41,761 nt of DNA from a virus (IMGVR_UViG_3300049193_000008:1-41761), one strand, 5' to 3'; counted from the stretch's first letter, positions 19,067-27,663 are shown. The notes: generated by a model from the letters alone, not told the origin. Made by a program: numbers and translations.

Positions 19067-19434
19067 GATGCCCTCGCATTGCCGAACAGCGCTGCAACCA
19101 TGGGATCGCGGTGCATGCCGATCTGGCAGGCCGGCGCCCGGCGCACAACGCAGCGTTCAATCGACACATCGCGGAGCGCCTTCTCGGGCGGTTTCTTTTT
19201 CGGCAGCTTGTCGATGTCGTCCACCACATACAGGTTCCCGCCAAAACGGCTCCTGCGCGTCATCTTCATGCATCCCACTTCGACCAGGCGCGCCAGGTAG
19301 CGGCCCGCCATTGCCTCGTGCACGCCCAGCTTCTCGGCCACCAGGTTAATGGTGACGGGCGCCCCGTGCGCCTGCGCAAATTCCATCGTGGTGCGCAGCT
19401 GGAACAGCCCCTTTGCGGATTCGTATTTACTCAT
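19063..19434 (-). CDS. Winged-HTH protein
   Basis: VTINLVAEKLGVHEAMAGRYLARLVEVG and C-terminal HRDPMVAALFG. Confidence 0.6.
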   Translation of the reverse strand: MSKYESAKGLFQLRTTMEFAQAHGAPVTINLVAEKLGVHEAMAGRYLARLVEVGCMKMTRRSRFGGNLYVVDDIDKLPKKKPPEKALRDVSIERCVVRRAPACQIGMHRDPMVAALFGNARAS

Positions 19435-19619
19435 GATGCCTTCCTCCCTCCGGACGTTTTGGAGGCCGTTTCTTCCCGCGCCCGGCGGTATTCGTCGTTC
19501 CAGGTCCGGTATGCCGCGCTGTGCCAGGGGAACGGACACGCGTTGGCGCCCGCACCCTCCATGAAAGCCTTGCGCGCACGGCGCTGTATCTCGCTGATGG
19601 TGACGATTTGGTCTGGCAT
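19431..19619 (-). CDS. Small protein, possible Rmf/CrpP-like fold
   Basis: ARKAFMEG...ACPF......TW...Y pattern. Confidence 0.45.
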   Translation of the reverse strand: MPDQIVTISEIQRRARKAFMEGAGANACPFPWHSAAYRTWNDEYRRAREETASKTSGGRKAS

Positions 19620-19658
19620 GGTCTGCGCCTCGTAAAAATGTGGATGTGCCGCGTGCAA

Positions 19659-19961
19659 TCAGTCGAAAGACAATTGCTCCGGCGTTTCAAGGTGATTCAG
19701 GTGGTCGCGTGCAAGGCACAGCAGGATCCGGATCTTGTCCGGCGGGTAGCACTGCATTTCCCCTGGCACGACCTTCAGCCCCAGCGCCGCCAGCACCAGG
19801 CAAACACGTTCCAGGTCCGAACTGACGAATCGGCTGACAGTCGACTCCGAAGTCGTCAATTGCTCTGCAACGTGCCGCTGGCCGACCGATGCAAGTCGCT
19901 GCAAGACCAGGCCCTGGAACTTGCGTGCTCTTTCAGCGTCGGCGGCGGAAACTGGGGTCAT
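19659..19961 (-). CDS. cII: CII-like transcriptional activator
   Basis: LQRLASVGQRHVAEQL..SESTVSR...LAALGLKVVP resembles lambda CII; follows cro. Confidence 0.8.
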   Translation of the reverse strand: MTPVSAADAERARKFQGLVLQRLASVGQRHVAEQLTTSESTVSRFVSSDLERVCLVLAALGLKVVPGEMQCYPPDKIRILLCLARDHLNHLETPEQLSFD

Positions 19962-19963
19962 GG

Positions 19964-20209
19964 TCAGCCCCCTGCAATAGGTGACGAGGCCGCAAGCTCA
20001 GGCCAGATCTCCGCCCAGTCGTCCGGGCGAAGCATGCGACGGTTCACTGCGCCATCGGTCACGCGCTCGAGCACCGGCGCCAGGCGAATTAGCTTGTCGT
20101 CGGGAATGCCAGACGTGCGCCATGCATGCACAGATGGGGGGCGCACCTTGAGCAGTTTCGCAACAGCAGTCGTGCCGCCAAGCACGTCAATCATTTCGGT
20201 GGGGGTCAT
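19964..20209 (-). CDS. cro: Cro-like repressor (YdaS-type)
   Basis: IDVLGGTTAVAKLLKVRPPSVHAW...LRPDDWAEIWPEL; divergent from cI. Confidence 0.85.
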   Translation of the reverse strand: MTPTEMIDVLGGTTAVAKLLKVRPPSVHAWRTSGIPDDKLIRLAPVLERVTDGAVNRRMLRPDDWAEIWPELAASSPIAGG

Positions 20210-20245
20210 AAAAATGCTTCCTACGAATTGGTGTCCGATGAGCAA

Positions 20246-20274
20246 ATATTAGGAGTAGCTAATTGGAAAGTCAA
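20246..20274 (-). promoter_or_regulatory. PR-like early promoter
   Basis: TTGACT-N17-TAATAT on the minus strand, overlapped by operators. Confidence 0.75.
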
Positions 20275-20313
20275 TAGCCACTCCTAATCGACAAGATATT
20301 AGGATGTGCTAAT
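20248..20313. promoter_or_regulatory. Three OR-like operators (16-bp palindrome ATTAGS-N4-SCTAAT)
   Basis: ATTAGGAGTAGCTAAT 20248, AATAGCCACTCCTAAT 20273, ATTAGGATGTGCTAAT 20298; exact 25-bp spacing. Confidence 0.85.
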
Positions 20314-20707
20314 GACTACACTTGCAGAACGATTACGGGCAGCAATGGCCCATGCGGGGATAAAGCAGGTCGAGCTGGCGCGAGCGTGCGGTGTTCAGCC
20401 CCCCAGCGTGAACGGCTGGTTGAGCGGCAAGGCAAAATTTTTGCGGGGTGAGAATTTGTTGAGGGCGGCTCAAGTGCTGGGCGTCAGCCAAGACTGGCTC
20501 GCTACCGGAAAAGGATCCATGGCACAACCGCCGCGCCAAGAGGCCGGCTTATCCAGTTCGATGAAGTTGACGATCGAAACGGCGGCAGAGTTAAGGCTTT
20601 TGACGGTTTACCGACTTGCGGACGCCAACGGGCGGGGCGCCATCGATGACGTTGTCGATGTTGTACAAGGCCACCTCGACCAGGTTCGCGCCCCCAAGCA
20701 GGCGTAA
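20312..20707 (+). CDS. cI: CI-like repressor (HTH, no S24 peptidase domain)
   Basis: TLAERLRAAM..AGIKQVELARACGVQPPSVNGWLSG...LGVSQDWLATGKG; 131 aa. Confidence 0.85.
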   Translation: MTTLAERLRAAMAHAGIKQVELARACGVQPPSVNGWLSGKAKFLRGENLLRAAQVLGVSQDWLATGKGSMAQPPRQEAGLSSSMKLTIETAAELRLLTVYRLADANGRGAIDDVVDVVQGHLDQVRAPKQA

Positions 20708-20830
20708 TCCTTTGTTCTCTTGGGCGGGCCATCGATGCGCATACTTTCTGGCCAGCTCAAGCAGTACCTGCCTGGCGCAGGGTTGCATATTCGCATAAAG
20801 CTCTTGAAGTTCAGGCAAGTGGTCCATCAT
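20591..20830 (-). CDS. Small protein convergent with and overlapping the cI 3' end
   Basis: GGAG RBS before the ATG; helical motif resembling the CI C-terminal helix pair. Confidence 0.5.
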   Translation of the reverse strand: MMDHLPELQELYANMQPCARQVLLELARKYAHRWPAQENKGLRLLGGANLVEVALYNIDNVIDGAPPVGVRKSVNRQKP

Positions 20831-20948
20831 TGCTCCGTGGGAACAAGCTAAGGATAGTTCACTATAGCAACATTATTTGTTCAGGACACGTGAGGAAATG
20901 TAACAAAGTTTTTAGCGCTACAGCACGTCTTATGCTGTTGGAGGTGTC

Positions 20949-21236
20949 ATGAAAATTGCGGTTGCGAGTGCCTTGGTTTTAGCGCTTTTTTCTGCAGGCT
21001 GCGCGAGCAGCACAGGTGTAGTCCCCATGGGGCAGGGAATTTACATGGCGTCCCACCAGGACAACGGCTTTACGGCATCGATGGGAGCGGTGAAGGCCGC
21101 AGCCCTGAAGGATGCCGCAGAATTTTGTGCGCAGAGAGGTGAAGACTTTTCAGTGCTAAAAAGTATGGACATCCCAAGGGCCTTGGGGAAGATTCCACAG
21201 TCTTCGATAGAGTTTCGGTGCGTCCCAAAAAAATGA
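20949..21236 (+). CDS. Lipoprotein, moron-like
   Basis: GGAGG RBS, signal peptide with lipobox (FSAG-C), two further Cys, lower GC. Confidence 0.75.
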   Translation: MKIAVASALVLALFSAGCASSTGVVPMGQGIYMASHQDNGFTASMGAVKAAALKDAAEFCAQRGEDFSVLKSMDIPRALGKIPQSSIEFRCVPKK

Positions 21237-21574
21237 ACAAAGACGATATGACTGTCTTCGAAATCGTGGTCCCATGTTCCGACTGCGGTGAAATCTTCAT
21301 GTGCGACGCAATAAACTATCGAAACGGTGTTTGGCTTGTGCCGCACTGGACAAACAACCCTGCCACAGGACGGCGAAGCCCAACGCGAATAATTCGCGTG
21401 GACCGGCTGGGCCTGCTGCGCGGGAAGGCAGCAGTTTTTGGGGATCTGGCAGTTCCAGTGATGACAATATCCAAAGCCTTGCTTGAGGGCCATGCCCAAC
21501 CTTCACCACCCGTTGAACTGATTGAGTCCCCAGCGATCTCATTCCCGATACCTGGTATGGACCGGAATCACTAA
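21233..21574 (+). CDS. Hypothetical moron protein
   Basis: ATGA overlap with the lipoprotein stop; followed by a terminator. Confidence 0.55.
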   Translation: MNKDDMTVFEIVVPCSDCGEIFMCDAINYRNGVWLVPHWTNNPATGRRSPTRIIRVDRLGLLRGKAAVFGDLAVPVMTISKALLEGHAQPSPPVELIESPAISFPIPGMDRNH

Positions 21575-21653
21575 TTTTTCCGGGCCGGTAGCCAGGCCGG
21601 AAAACCGCACCTTTCTCGACACCTTCATTTCCATCCATCCCACTCTCCTGTAG

Positions 21654-21676
21654 ACCCGCCCAGTGCGGGTTTTTTT
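21654..21676 (+). terminator. Rho-independent terminator before PL
   Basis: ACCCGC-CCAGT-GCGGGT followed by a T run. Confidence 0.8.
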
Positions 21677-21724
21677 ACGCCCGGCATGGGCGTGCATGCA
21701 GTTTAGCAAAATATTTCCCAAAAA

Positions 21725-21767
21725 ATTAGGAGTTCCTATTGACACGGAAATTAGCGTGTCCTAATAT
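21725..21767 (+). promoter_or_regulatory. PL-like promoter with two OL operators
   Basis: TTGACA(21739)-N17-TAATAT(21762); operators ATTAGGAGTTCCTATT 21725 and ATTAGCGTGTCCTAAT 21750, 25 bp apart. Confidence 0.85.
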
Positions 21768-21828
21768 TTGTTCAACGGAAAGCAACCCGATCCGTGCCAG
21801 CAACTACCCCAAATCCCAGGAGAAACGC

Positions 21829-22569
21829 ATGAACACCGAGAACACCAGCGAACAGAGCGCCGTTGCCGCCGCAGTCGAAAACCTTTTTGTGACCGTGCCC
21901 GAGACGACGCTGCCGAACGGCACCGTGGTGCCGGCCTTCCAGGTTGCCAAGTACTTCGCCTCGCGCGGCGACGACGGCCAGCTGGTGATCAGCGCCACGA
22001 ACAAGCCGCTGAACTACATCGACTACCACGCTGCGCGCCAAGCCTGCATCGACGCCGGCTTCACGCTGCTGACCGAGACGCAAGCGCTGGCGATCGCGGT
22101 GAACATTGCCGGCGTTGCCGCGAACTGGAGCGGCGGTGCCGTGGGAGAGGGCGATCTGCTGCAGGGCCTGCACCTGGACACAGACGACGTGTGGGAGCCG
22201 TACGCCGGCGACACCGTGTCCGCCGATCCGCGCGAAGCCCGCGTGTTCACGCTGTCGAACGGCGAGCAGATCGTAGACGCGGCCGGTAACCTGTACACCT
22301 GGATCTTCGACGACGTGCAGGGCGATGAAAACGGCTTGGTTGCGCGTCCGTTTGCTGCGGACTCCCCGTCGATCACTTCGGCGCCACATCCATCGATGGA
22401 GCGCGGCGTCGGCTGGTATCCCGATGCTGACACTGACTGGTCCGGCTATGCGCTCCTTCGCGGCGGTTGCTGGGGCTCGAACGACCTTGCCGGCGTCTTC
22501 CTCCTCGACATCGACTGGCCGGTCTACGGCAACGTCGTCGTCGGCGTTCGCTGCACCAAAGGTCTCTAG
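21829..22569 (+). CDS. DGR target protein 1 (FGE-sulfatase-like/CLec fold, C-terminal VR)
   Basis: AGGAG RBS; DAAGNLYTW and LLRGG.W...GVRC motifs; 3' end matches the TR. Confidence 0.9.
   Translation: MNTENTSEQSAVAAAVENLFVTVPETTLPNGTVVPAFQVAKYFASRGDDGQLVISATNKPLNYIDYHAARQACIDAGFTLLTETQALAIAVNIAGVAANWSGGAVGEGDLLQGLHLDTDDVWEPYAGDTVSADPREARVFTLSNGEQIVDAAGNLYTWIFDDVQGDENGLVARPFAADSPSITSAPHPSMERGVGWYPDADTDWSGYALLRGGCWGSNDLAGVFLLDIDWPVYGNVVVGVRCTKGL
22439..22553 (+). repeat. DGR variable repeat VR1
   Basis: 115 nt colinear with TR; manual count gives 19 substitutions at TR adenines and 2 at other bases. Confidence 0.92.
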
Positions 22570-22580
22570 TCCCTGGTCCC

Positions 22581-22600
22581 GGGTCGCCGTCAGGTGACCC
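22581..22600 (+). other. Post-VR1 hairpin
   Basis: GGGTCGCC-GTCA-GGTGACCC. Confidence 0.75.
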
Positions 22601-22704
22601 CGCCAGGTGCAATCGATGATCCGTTTCAAGTAACAGCTGACCACCGCGCACCGATAGCCGCGGGTGACGCCGAAACGGATCATCCATTGAGCCAGGAGCA
22701 CGCC

Positions 22705-23007
22705 ATGAGCACAGCACAGCAACCATTGATTTCGCCGCGATATCGCCGCCTGTTCTCCAGCTGGGATTACCACGGGCTGAAGCTGGACATTTACGGAACG
22801 CTCGATAGCGATGGCGCCGAGGTGATCGCGGTGACGCTGCCCGGATCGAATGTAGACCTCGAGGTAATTGTGCTGCCAAGCGTATTCGATGCCGCGCAGC
22901 GCTGGATCGACAAAGTTCTTCCGGAACAGCAGCAGGAAGATCGCGCTGAAGCAAAAGCGGAGCGCGCCGCGTGGGCCCGGCATTCGGCTCAATTTGCAAC
23001 CAGGTAG
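22705..23007 (+). CDS. Hypothetical early protein
   Basis: AGGAG RBS before ATG 22705. Confidence 0.6.
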   Translation: MSTAQQPLISPRYRRLFSSWDYHGLKLDIYGTLDSDGAEVIAVTLPGSNVDLEVIVLPSVFDAAQRWIDKVLPEQQQEDRAEAKAERAAWARHSAQFATR

Positions 23008-23017
23008 GGGAAAAATC

Positions 23018-23191
23018 ATGAACTTCAAAGTGGTGGTGGATTTCCGGCGCGGCGCCGCCTTTTCGACAACCCTGAGCGCGACCGACGAAGAGCACGCGAA
23101 GGAGCTGGCGAAAGCCATGGCACGTGAAAACGGCTTCGATCAGCCGATCGTCAAGACAACGGCCTATCCAGCTAACGCGGTGTGGGGTTGA
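23018..23191 (+). CDS. Hypothetical early protein
   Basis: AGGGG RBS; 57 aa. Confidence 0.55.
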   Translation: MNFKVVVDFRRGAAFSTTLSATDEEHAKELAKAMARENGFDQPIVKTTAYPANAVWG

Positions 23192-23193
23192 TC

Positions 23194-23427
23194 ATGGGCA
23201 CAGCAACCGTCCTACGCGTTATGAAACGCCCGATCCGCAAGATGCTGCGCCCGCTGCGCCTCCGCCTCATCAACTGGCAGATGAAGCATTCGGAAAACGA
23301 GATCCAGCGGCTGCGCTCCTTGCGCAGCGCCCTTATCTACCTGGAAGGGATTGAACACGTCCACCAGGTTCGCCTGGTTATCCGCCGCGCACAAATCGAG
23401 CAGAGCGGATCATGCGCGGCTTCCTGA
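23194..23427 (+). CDS. Hypothetical early protein
   Basis: Basic helical ORF starting 2 nt after the previous stop. Confidence 0.5.
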   Translation: MGTATVLRVMKRPIRKMLRPLRLRLINWQMKHSENEIQRLRSLRSALIYLEGIEHVHQVRLVIRRAQIEQSGSCAAS

Positions 23428-23535
23428 ACCTCTATCGCATGTATCGCCGGCGCGGCCTAAGCGCCCGGCATGCACTGGCACGCGCATTCCGTGTCTGGAA
23501 CCGCGGCTATTAACCACTACCACCAGAAGGAGCTG

Positions 23536-24225
23536 ATGATGTCGAAATCCCTGTTTGTCCCTGTGCCGGAAACCAAGCTGCCGAATGGCTTGACGGTTCC
23601 AGCGTTTATGGTTGGCCAGTACCTGCTTGGCCGCGGCGAAGATATGGCGCCTGCTGTCACAGCCGAATCGACGCCCATCGTTTCCGTCGATTTCTTTCAC
23701 GCACGGGAACTGTGCGACCTGGCCGGCGCCGTGATGATCCGCGAAATGCAGTGGCTGGCCATCGCACACGACATCGCCACGCAGGACATTAACTGGACCG
23801 GTGGCAAGGTGGGCGCCGGCAAGCTATTCCAGGGGCTGCGCAAAGGCAGCGTCAGCGCGGCCCAGGCGGGCACCTATGAGCCGGCGGATCCGGATGAACG
23901 GCGCTGGCACCAGCTGTCGAACGGCGAGCGCGTATATGACTTCGCAGGGAATGCATACAGCTGGGTTTTCGATGACGTCCAGGGGGACGAGCAGGGCCTG
24001 ATTGCGCGCAAATTCACCGCTGAATCGGCATCCATCAACACGCCGGCCTATAGCTCCGAAACGTCCGGTATGGGCTGGTACCCGGCACCTGGCCGGGACT
24101 GGTCCGGCTATGCGCTCTTGCGCGGCGGCTCTTGGTTCTCGTACGTCTATGCCGGCGTCTTCTTCCTCGCCTTCGGCTGGCCGGGCTACGGCAACTGCAG
24201 CGTCGGCGTTCGCTGCACCAAATAG
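23536..24225 (+). CDS. DGR target protein 2 (FGE-sulfatase-like/CLec fold, C-terminal VR)
   Basis: AAGGAG RBS; paralog of target 1 (VPET.LPNG..VPAF, NW.GG.VG.G.L, DFAGNAYSW.FDDVQGD); 3' end matches the TR. Confidence 0.9.
   Translation: MMSKSLFVPVPETKLPNGLTVPAFMVGQYLLGRGEDMAPAVTAESTPIVSVDFFHARELCDLAGAVMIREMQWLAIAHDIATQDINWTGGKVGAGKLFQGLRKGSVSAAQAGTYEPADPDERRWHQLSNGERVYDFAGNAYSWVFDDVQGDEQGLIARKFTAESASINTPAYSSETSGMGWYPAPGRDWSGYALLRGGSWFSYVYAGVFFLAFGWPGYGNCSVGVRCTK
24101..24215 (+). repeat. DGR variable repeat VR2
   Basis: 115 nt colinear with TR; manual count gives 22 substitutions at TR adenines and 1 at another base. Confidence 0.92.
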
Positions 24226-24250
24226 CGCGGGCGTCTGGTCAGTGGTCTCG

Positions 24251-24271
24251 GGTCGCCGCAAAGCGGTGACC
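24251..24271 (+). other. Post-VR2 hairpin
   Basis: GGTCGCCGC-AAA-GCGGTGACC. Confidence 0.75.
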
Positions 24272-24301
24272 GCACACTTGAAATTTGATAGGAGAAAATT
24301 G

Positions 24302-25366
24302 GTGAATTCACCCACGAGCAATGCCCTGGCAGTTCGCCAGGAATTCGGCGGCACCAGCATGTCTCTGGCTGTCGCGGAAACCTCGTCTGCAGCTGTCGCA
24401 GCACAGGCAAAAGCAATGGTCGAGGCGCGCTACATTATGGCGATGCAGCGCCCACGCGATTGGGATCAAGTACGGCAAAACCTGATGAAGGAATGCCGGC
24501 GCCCGAGCTTCGCGCACAACAAGTCCGCCTACTATCGAAAACCGATCGGGCAGGGCGTGGAAGGCCTGGGTATCCGCTTTGTGGAAGTGGCATTGCGCTG
24601 CATGACAAACGTGCTGGTGGAGACCAGCATGATTTTCGAGGACACCAGCAAGGAAGTCCATCGTGTGGCGGTCACCGACCTGGAATCGAACATCACCTAC
24701 CCGCTGGACGTGCGTGTTTCGAAAACGGTCGAACGCAGCAAGCCGATGGATGATGGATCGTACATTAGCGTACGCACCAACAGCTACAACAAGCCTGTGT
24801 TCACGGTCCCGGCCAACGAGGATGACCTGCTGAACAAGCGTGCCGCACAGATCTCCAAGGCTATCCGTACGCTGGGCCTGCGCATCATCCCTGGTGACAT
24901 GCAGGATGAGGCGGAAGACATCATCAAAGCCGTTCGCATGGACCAGGCCGCACGCGACCCCGACGCCGAGCGCAAGAAGATCGCCGACGCCTTTGCTGGC
25001 ATCGGCGTGAAGGTTAGCGACCTGGTCGACTACCTGGGCCACTCGCTGGATACATGCTCTCCGGCCGAACTGGTCGACCTGCGCGGCATATACGGCGCCA
25101 TCAAGGACGGTGAAGCCACATGGAAATCGGTGATGGACAACCGCGAAGAGCAGAGCGATGCGCCGAAGACCAAGGAAGCCGCGTCTCCGAAGGAGCGCTC
25201 CATCTGCACCGATGATGAGTTCAAGGCGAAGACCTCCGAGTGGCGAAAGGTCATCCTGGGTAAGAAGAAGTCCGTGGCCGACCTGATCGCCTTTATTGAA
25301 ACCAAGATGCAGCTGACCGAAGAGCAGAAGCTCACGATCGACAGCTGGTCGCACGAGCAGGAGTAA
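24302..25366 (+). CDS. Putative recombination/ssDNA-annealing protein
   Basis: AGGAG RBS then GTG 24302; directly upstream of the YqaJ exonuclease. Function inferred from position only. Confidence 0.5.
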   Translation: MNSPTSNALAVRQEFGGTSMSLAVAETSSAAVAAQAKAMVEARYIMAMQRPRDWDQVRQNLMKECRRPSFAHNKSAYYRKPIGQGVEGLGIRFVEVALRCMTNVLVETSMIFEDTSKEVHRVAVTDLESNITYPLDVRVSKTVERSKPMDDGSYISVRTNSYNKPVFTVPANEDDLLNKRAAQISKAIRTLGLRIIPGDMQDEAEDIIKAVRMDQAARDPDAERKKIADAFAGIGVKVSDLVDYLGHSLDTCSPAELVDLRGIYGAIKDGEATWKSVMDNREEQSDAPKTKEAASPKERSICTDDEFKAKTSEWRKVILGKKKSVADLIAFIETKMQLTEEQKLTIDSWSHEQE

Positions 25367-25371
25367 GCGCC

Positions 25372-26988
25372 GTGAAAATTGTCAACCTAATCCAGGGAAG
25401 CGCGGAATGGAACAATTTCCGCCAGCCCCGCCATGGTTCCAGCGAGACAGCCGCAATGCTGGGCCTGTCGCCAAACGTCTCGCGCACCGAACTGCTGCAC
25501 ATGAAGCACACCTGCACGCCAAAGGAATTCTCTGACTGGGTGCAGATCAACATCCTGGACTATGGGCACGAAGTCGAAGCGATGGCGCGACCCATCGGCG
25601 AACAGGTCATAGGCACCGAACTGTACCCTGTCACTTGCGTTGATGACGACGACCGCTTGATAGCATCCTGCGATGGCCTCACCATGGCGGAGGACGAAGG
25701 CTGGGAGCACAAGCAGTGGAATGAAGAGCTGGCCTCTGCCGTCGCCGCCGGCACCGTACCTGACACCCATATGCCGCAAGTGCAGCAGCAACTGATGATC
25801 ACTGGCGCCAGCCGCTGGCTGTTCATGGTGTCGGATGGAACGCCGGAGAAGTGCGTCTATACCTGGGTGCTGCCGGATCTGGCTTGGTTCGAACGAATCC
25901 GCGCCGGCTGGGATCAGTTCGACGCTGACCTGGCCATCTACGAGCCGAAGAACTTCGCACCTAAACCGGTGGCCGATGTAATCAAGGCGCTGCCGGCGCT
26001 GGCGGTCCAGATCAAGGGCGAGGTCACCTTCAGCAATCTGCCGATTGTGAAGGCAAAGGCGGACCAGTTCATCGCCAACATCAAGACCGACCTGCAGAAC
26101 GACGACGACTTCGCCAACGCTGAAGCCACGGTGAAATTTTGCGGTGAAGCAGAGACCAATCTGGAACTGGCAAAGCAGGCGGCAATCGCGCAGACGGCCA
26201 GCATTGACGACGTCATGCGCACCATCGACTACATCCGCGACCAGCTGCGTGAGAAGCGCTTGATGCTGGAAAAGCTGGTCAAAACCCGCAAAGACCAGAT
26301 CAAGGAACAGATCCTGGTCGGCGTGAAGAAGAAATTCGTCGACCACGTTGCGACACTGGAAGCTGAAATTGTACCGATCCGCCTGGTCTATCAGGCATGC
26401 GACTTTGCTGGTGCCATGAAGAACAAGCGCACGCTCGCCACCTTGCACAACGCGGTCGACACCGAACTGGCCAATGCCAAGATCGCGGTCGACGCGATTG
26501 CCAAGGCCGTGCGCGGTCGCCTCACCTGGTACCGCGCCAACGTGGGCGACTACGAGGCGCTGTTTGCCGACCTGCAGGCCGCCATCCAAAAGCCGGACGA
26601 AGACTTCCAGCTGCTGGTGAACACCCGCATCGCAGACCACAAGGCCAAAGAAACAGCGCGCCAGGCTGCGGCGGTAGCGGCCGCACAAGCTGCCCCAGCG
26701 CCTACCGAAGTACCACGCACGACTTTGGCGCCGGCTGCCGCATGGCCATTTCCGGTCCCGCAGGTGGGTGCAGCGCTGACACCTGTTACGCCGCCAAGTC
26801 TGCGCATAGGGCAGATCGCCGATCGCCTGGGCTTCCCGTTGACCGCCGAATTCCTTAAGGGACTAGGCTTCGAGCCGGCCGGCAAGGACCGCGCCGCGGT
26901 GCTGTACCACGAATCCGATTTCCCCAACATCTGCCGCCGGCTGATCGAACACATCAGCCAGGTGCAGATGCAACCGCAGGCAGCATGA
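25372..26988 (+). CDS. YqaJ-like (lambda Exo family) exonuclease with coiled-coil extension
   Basis: QGSAEW...R...GSSE, GHEVEAMAR, IASCDGL, WEHK and PQVQQQL motifs. Confidence 0.88.
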   Translation: MKIVNLIQGSAEWNNFRQPRHGSSETAAMLGLSPNVSRTELLHMKHTCTPKEFSDWVQINILDYGHEVEAMARPIGEQVIGTELYPVTCVDDDDRLIASCDGLTMAEDEGWEHKQWNEELASAVAAGTVPDTHMPQVQQQLMITGASRWLFMVSDGTPEKCVYTWVLPDLAWFERIRAGWDQFDADLAIYEPKNFAPKPVADVIKALPALAVQIKGEVTFSNLPIVKAKADQFIANIKTDLQNDDDFANAEATVKFCGEAETNLELAKQAAIAQTASIDDVMRTIDYIRDQLREKRLMLEKLVKTRKDQIKEQILVGVKKKFVDHVATLEAEIVPIRLVYQACDFAGAMKNKRTLATLHNAVDTELANAKIAVDAIAKAVRGRLTWYRANVGDYEALFADLQAAIQKPDEDFQLLVNTRIADHKAKETARQAAAVAAAQAAPAPTEVPRTTLAPAAAWPFPVPQVGAALTPVTPPSLRIGQIADRLGFPLTAEFLKGLGFEPAGKDRAAVLYHESDFPNICRRLIEHISQVQMQPQAA

Positions 26989-27012
26989 CCACCCACTACC
27001 ACCGAGGAATTC

Positions 27013-27663
27013 ATGAATACCATCCTGTTCTACGACACCGAAACCACTGGCCTGCCCAACTGGAGCATGCCCAGCGAAGATCCATCTCAGCCGCGTGTGA
27101 TCGAGCTGGCGGCCGAACTGTGCGAAGAGTCCACCGGCATTACGCTGGGCCAGATGAATGTTGTCATTCGCCCCAGTGGTTGGACGATCCCGGCCGAAAT
27201 CGCGCAGTTGACCGGCATCACGCAGGAACTCGCTGAAGCTGTGGGCGTTCCCATGGACAGTGCGCTGTCGAATTTCCTGGAACTCTGGATGAATGCCGAC
27301 CAGCGTGGCGCTCATAACGAGAGCTTTGATATGCGCATGATTCGCATCGAGATCATGCGGCACGACCGCTACATGGGCGAGACGATGACGACTGAAACCG
27401 GGGCTGTGCCGTTTGCCGACTATTGGAAAAAGGCTCCCGCCTACTGCACCCAGTCGAACAGCGTGAAGATCATCAACCTACCGCCGACGGCGAAGATGAT
27501 CGCGGCAAAGCGCCTGGGACCGAAGTCGCCAAACTTGGCCGAGGCATACGAATTCTTCACCGGCCAGAAGCTGGAAGGTGCCCACCGCGCGATGGCTGAT
27601 GTGCAGGCCTGCAAGGCGGTCTACTACGGCATCAAGAACCACGGCCTGAAGGATGCCGCTTGA
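27013..27663 (+). CDS. DEDDh 3'-5' exonuclease (DnaQ-like)
   Basis: FYDTETTG, AHNESFD and AHRAMADV motifs. Confidence 0.9.
   Translation: MNTILFYDTETTGLPNWSMPSEDPSQPRVIELAAELCEESTGITLGQMNVVIRPSGWTIPAEIAQLTGITQELAEAVGVPMDSALSNFLELWMNADQRGAHNESFDMRMIRIEIMRHDRYMGETMTTETGAVPFADYWKKAPAYCTQSNSVKIINLPPTAKMIAAKRLGPKSPNLAEAYEFFTGQKLEGAHRAMADVQACKAVYYGIKNHGLKDAA

Noticed and set aside
117-19635. Many long plus-strand ORFs opposite the structural and replication genes
   Set aside because: They are antisense shadows of GC-rich, codon-biased real genes, with no motifs or RBS.
20920-20938. LexA SOS box near cI or the moron
   Set aside because: The inverted repeat reads ACAGCA-N7-TGCTGT, the wrong orientation and spacing for CTG-N10-CAG.
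22581-22600. Post-VR hairpins as intrinsic terminators
   Set aside because: None is followed by a U tract, and their conservation after each VR fits DGR target recognition.
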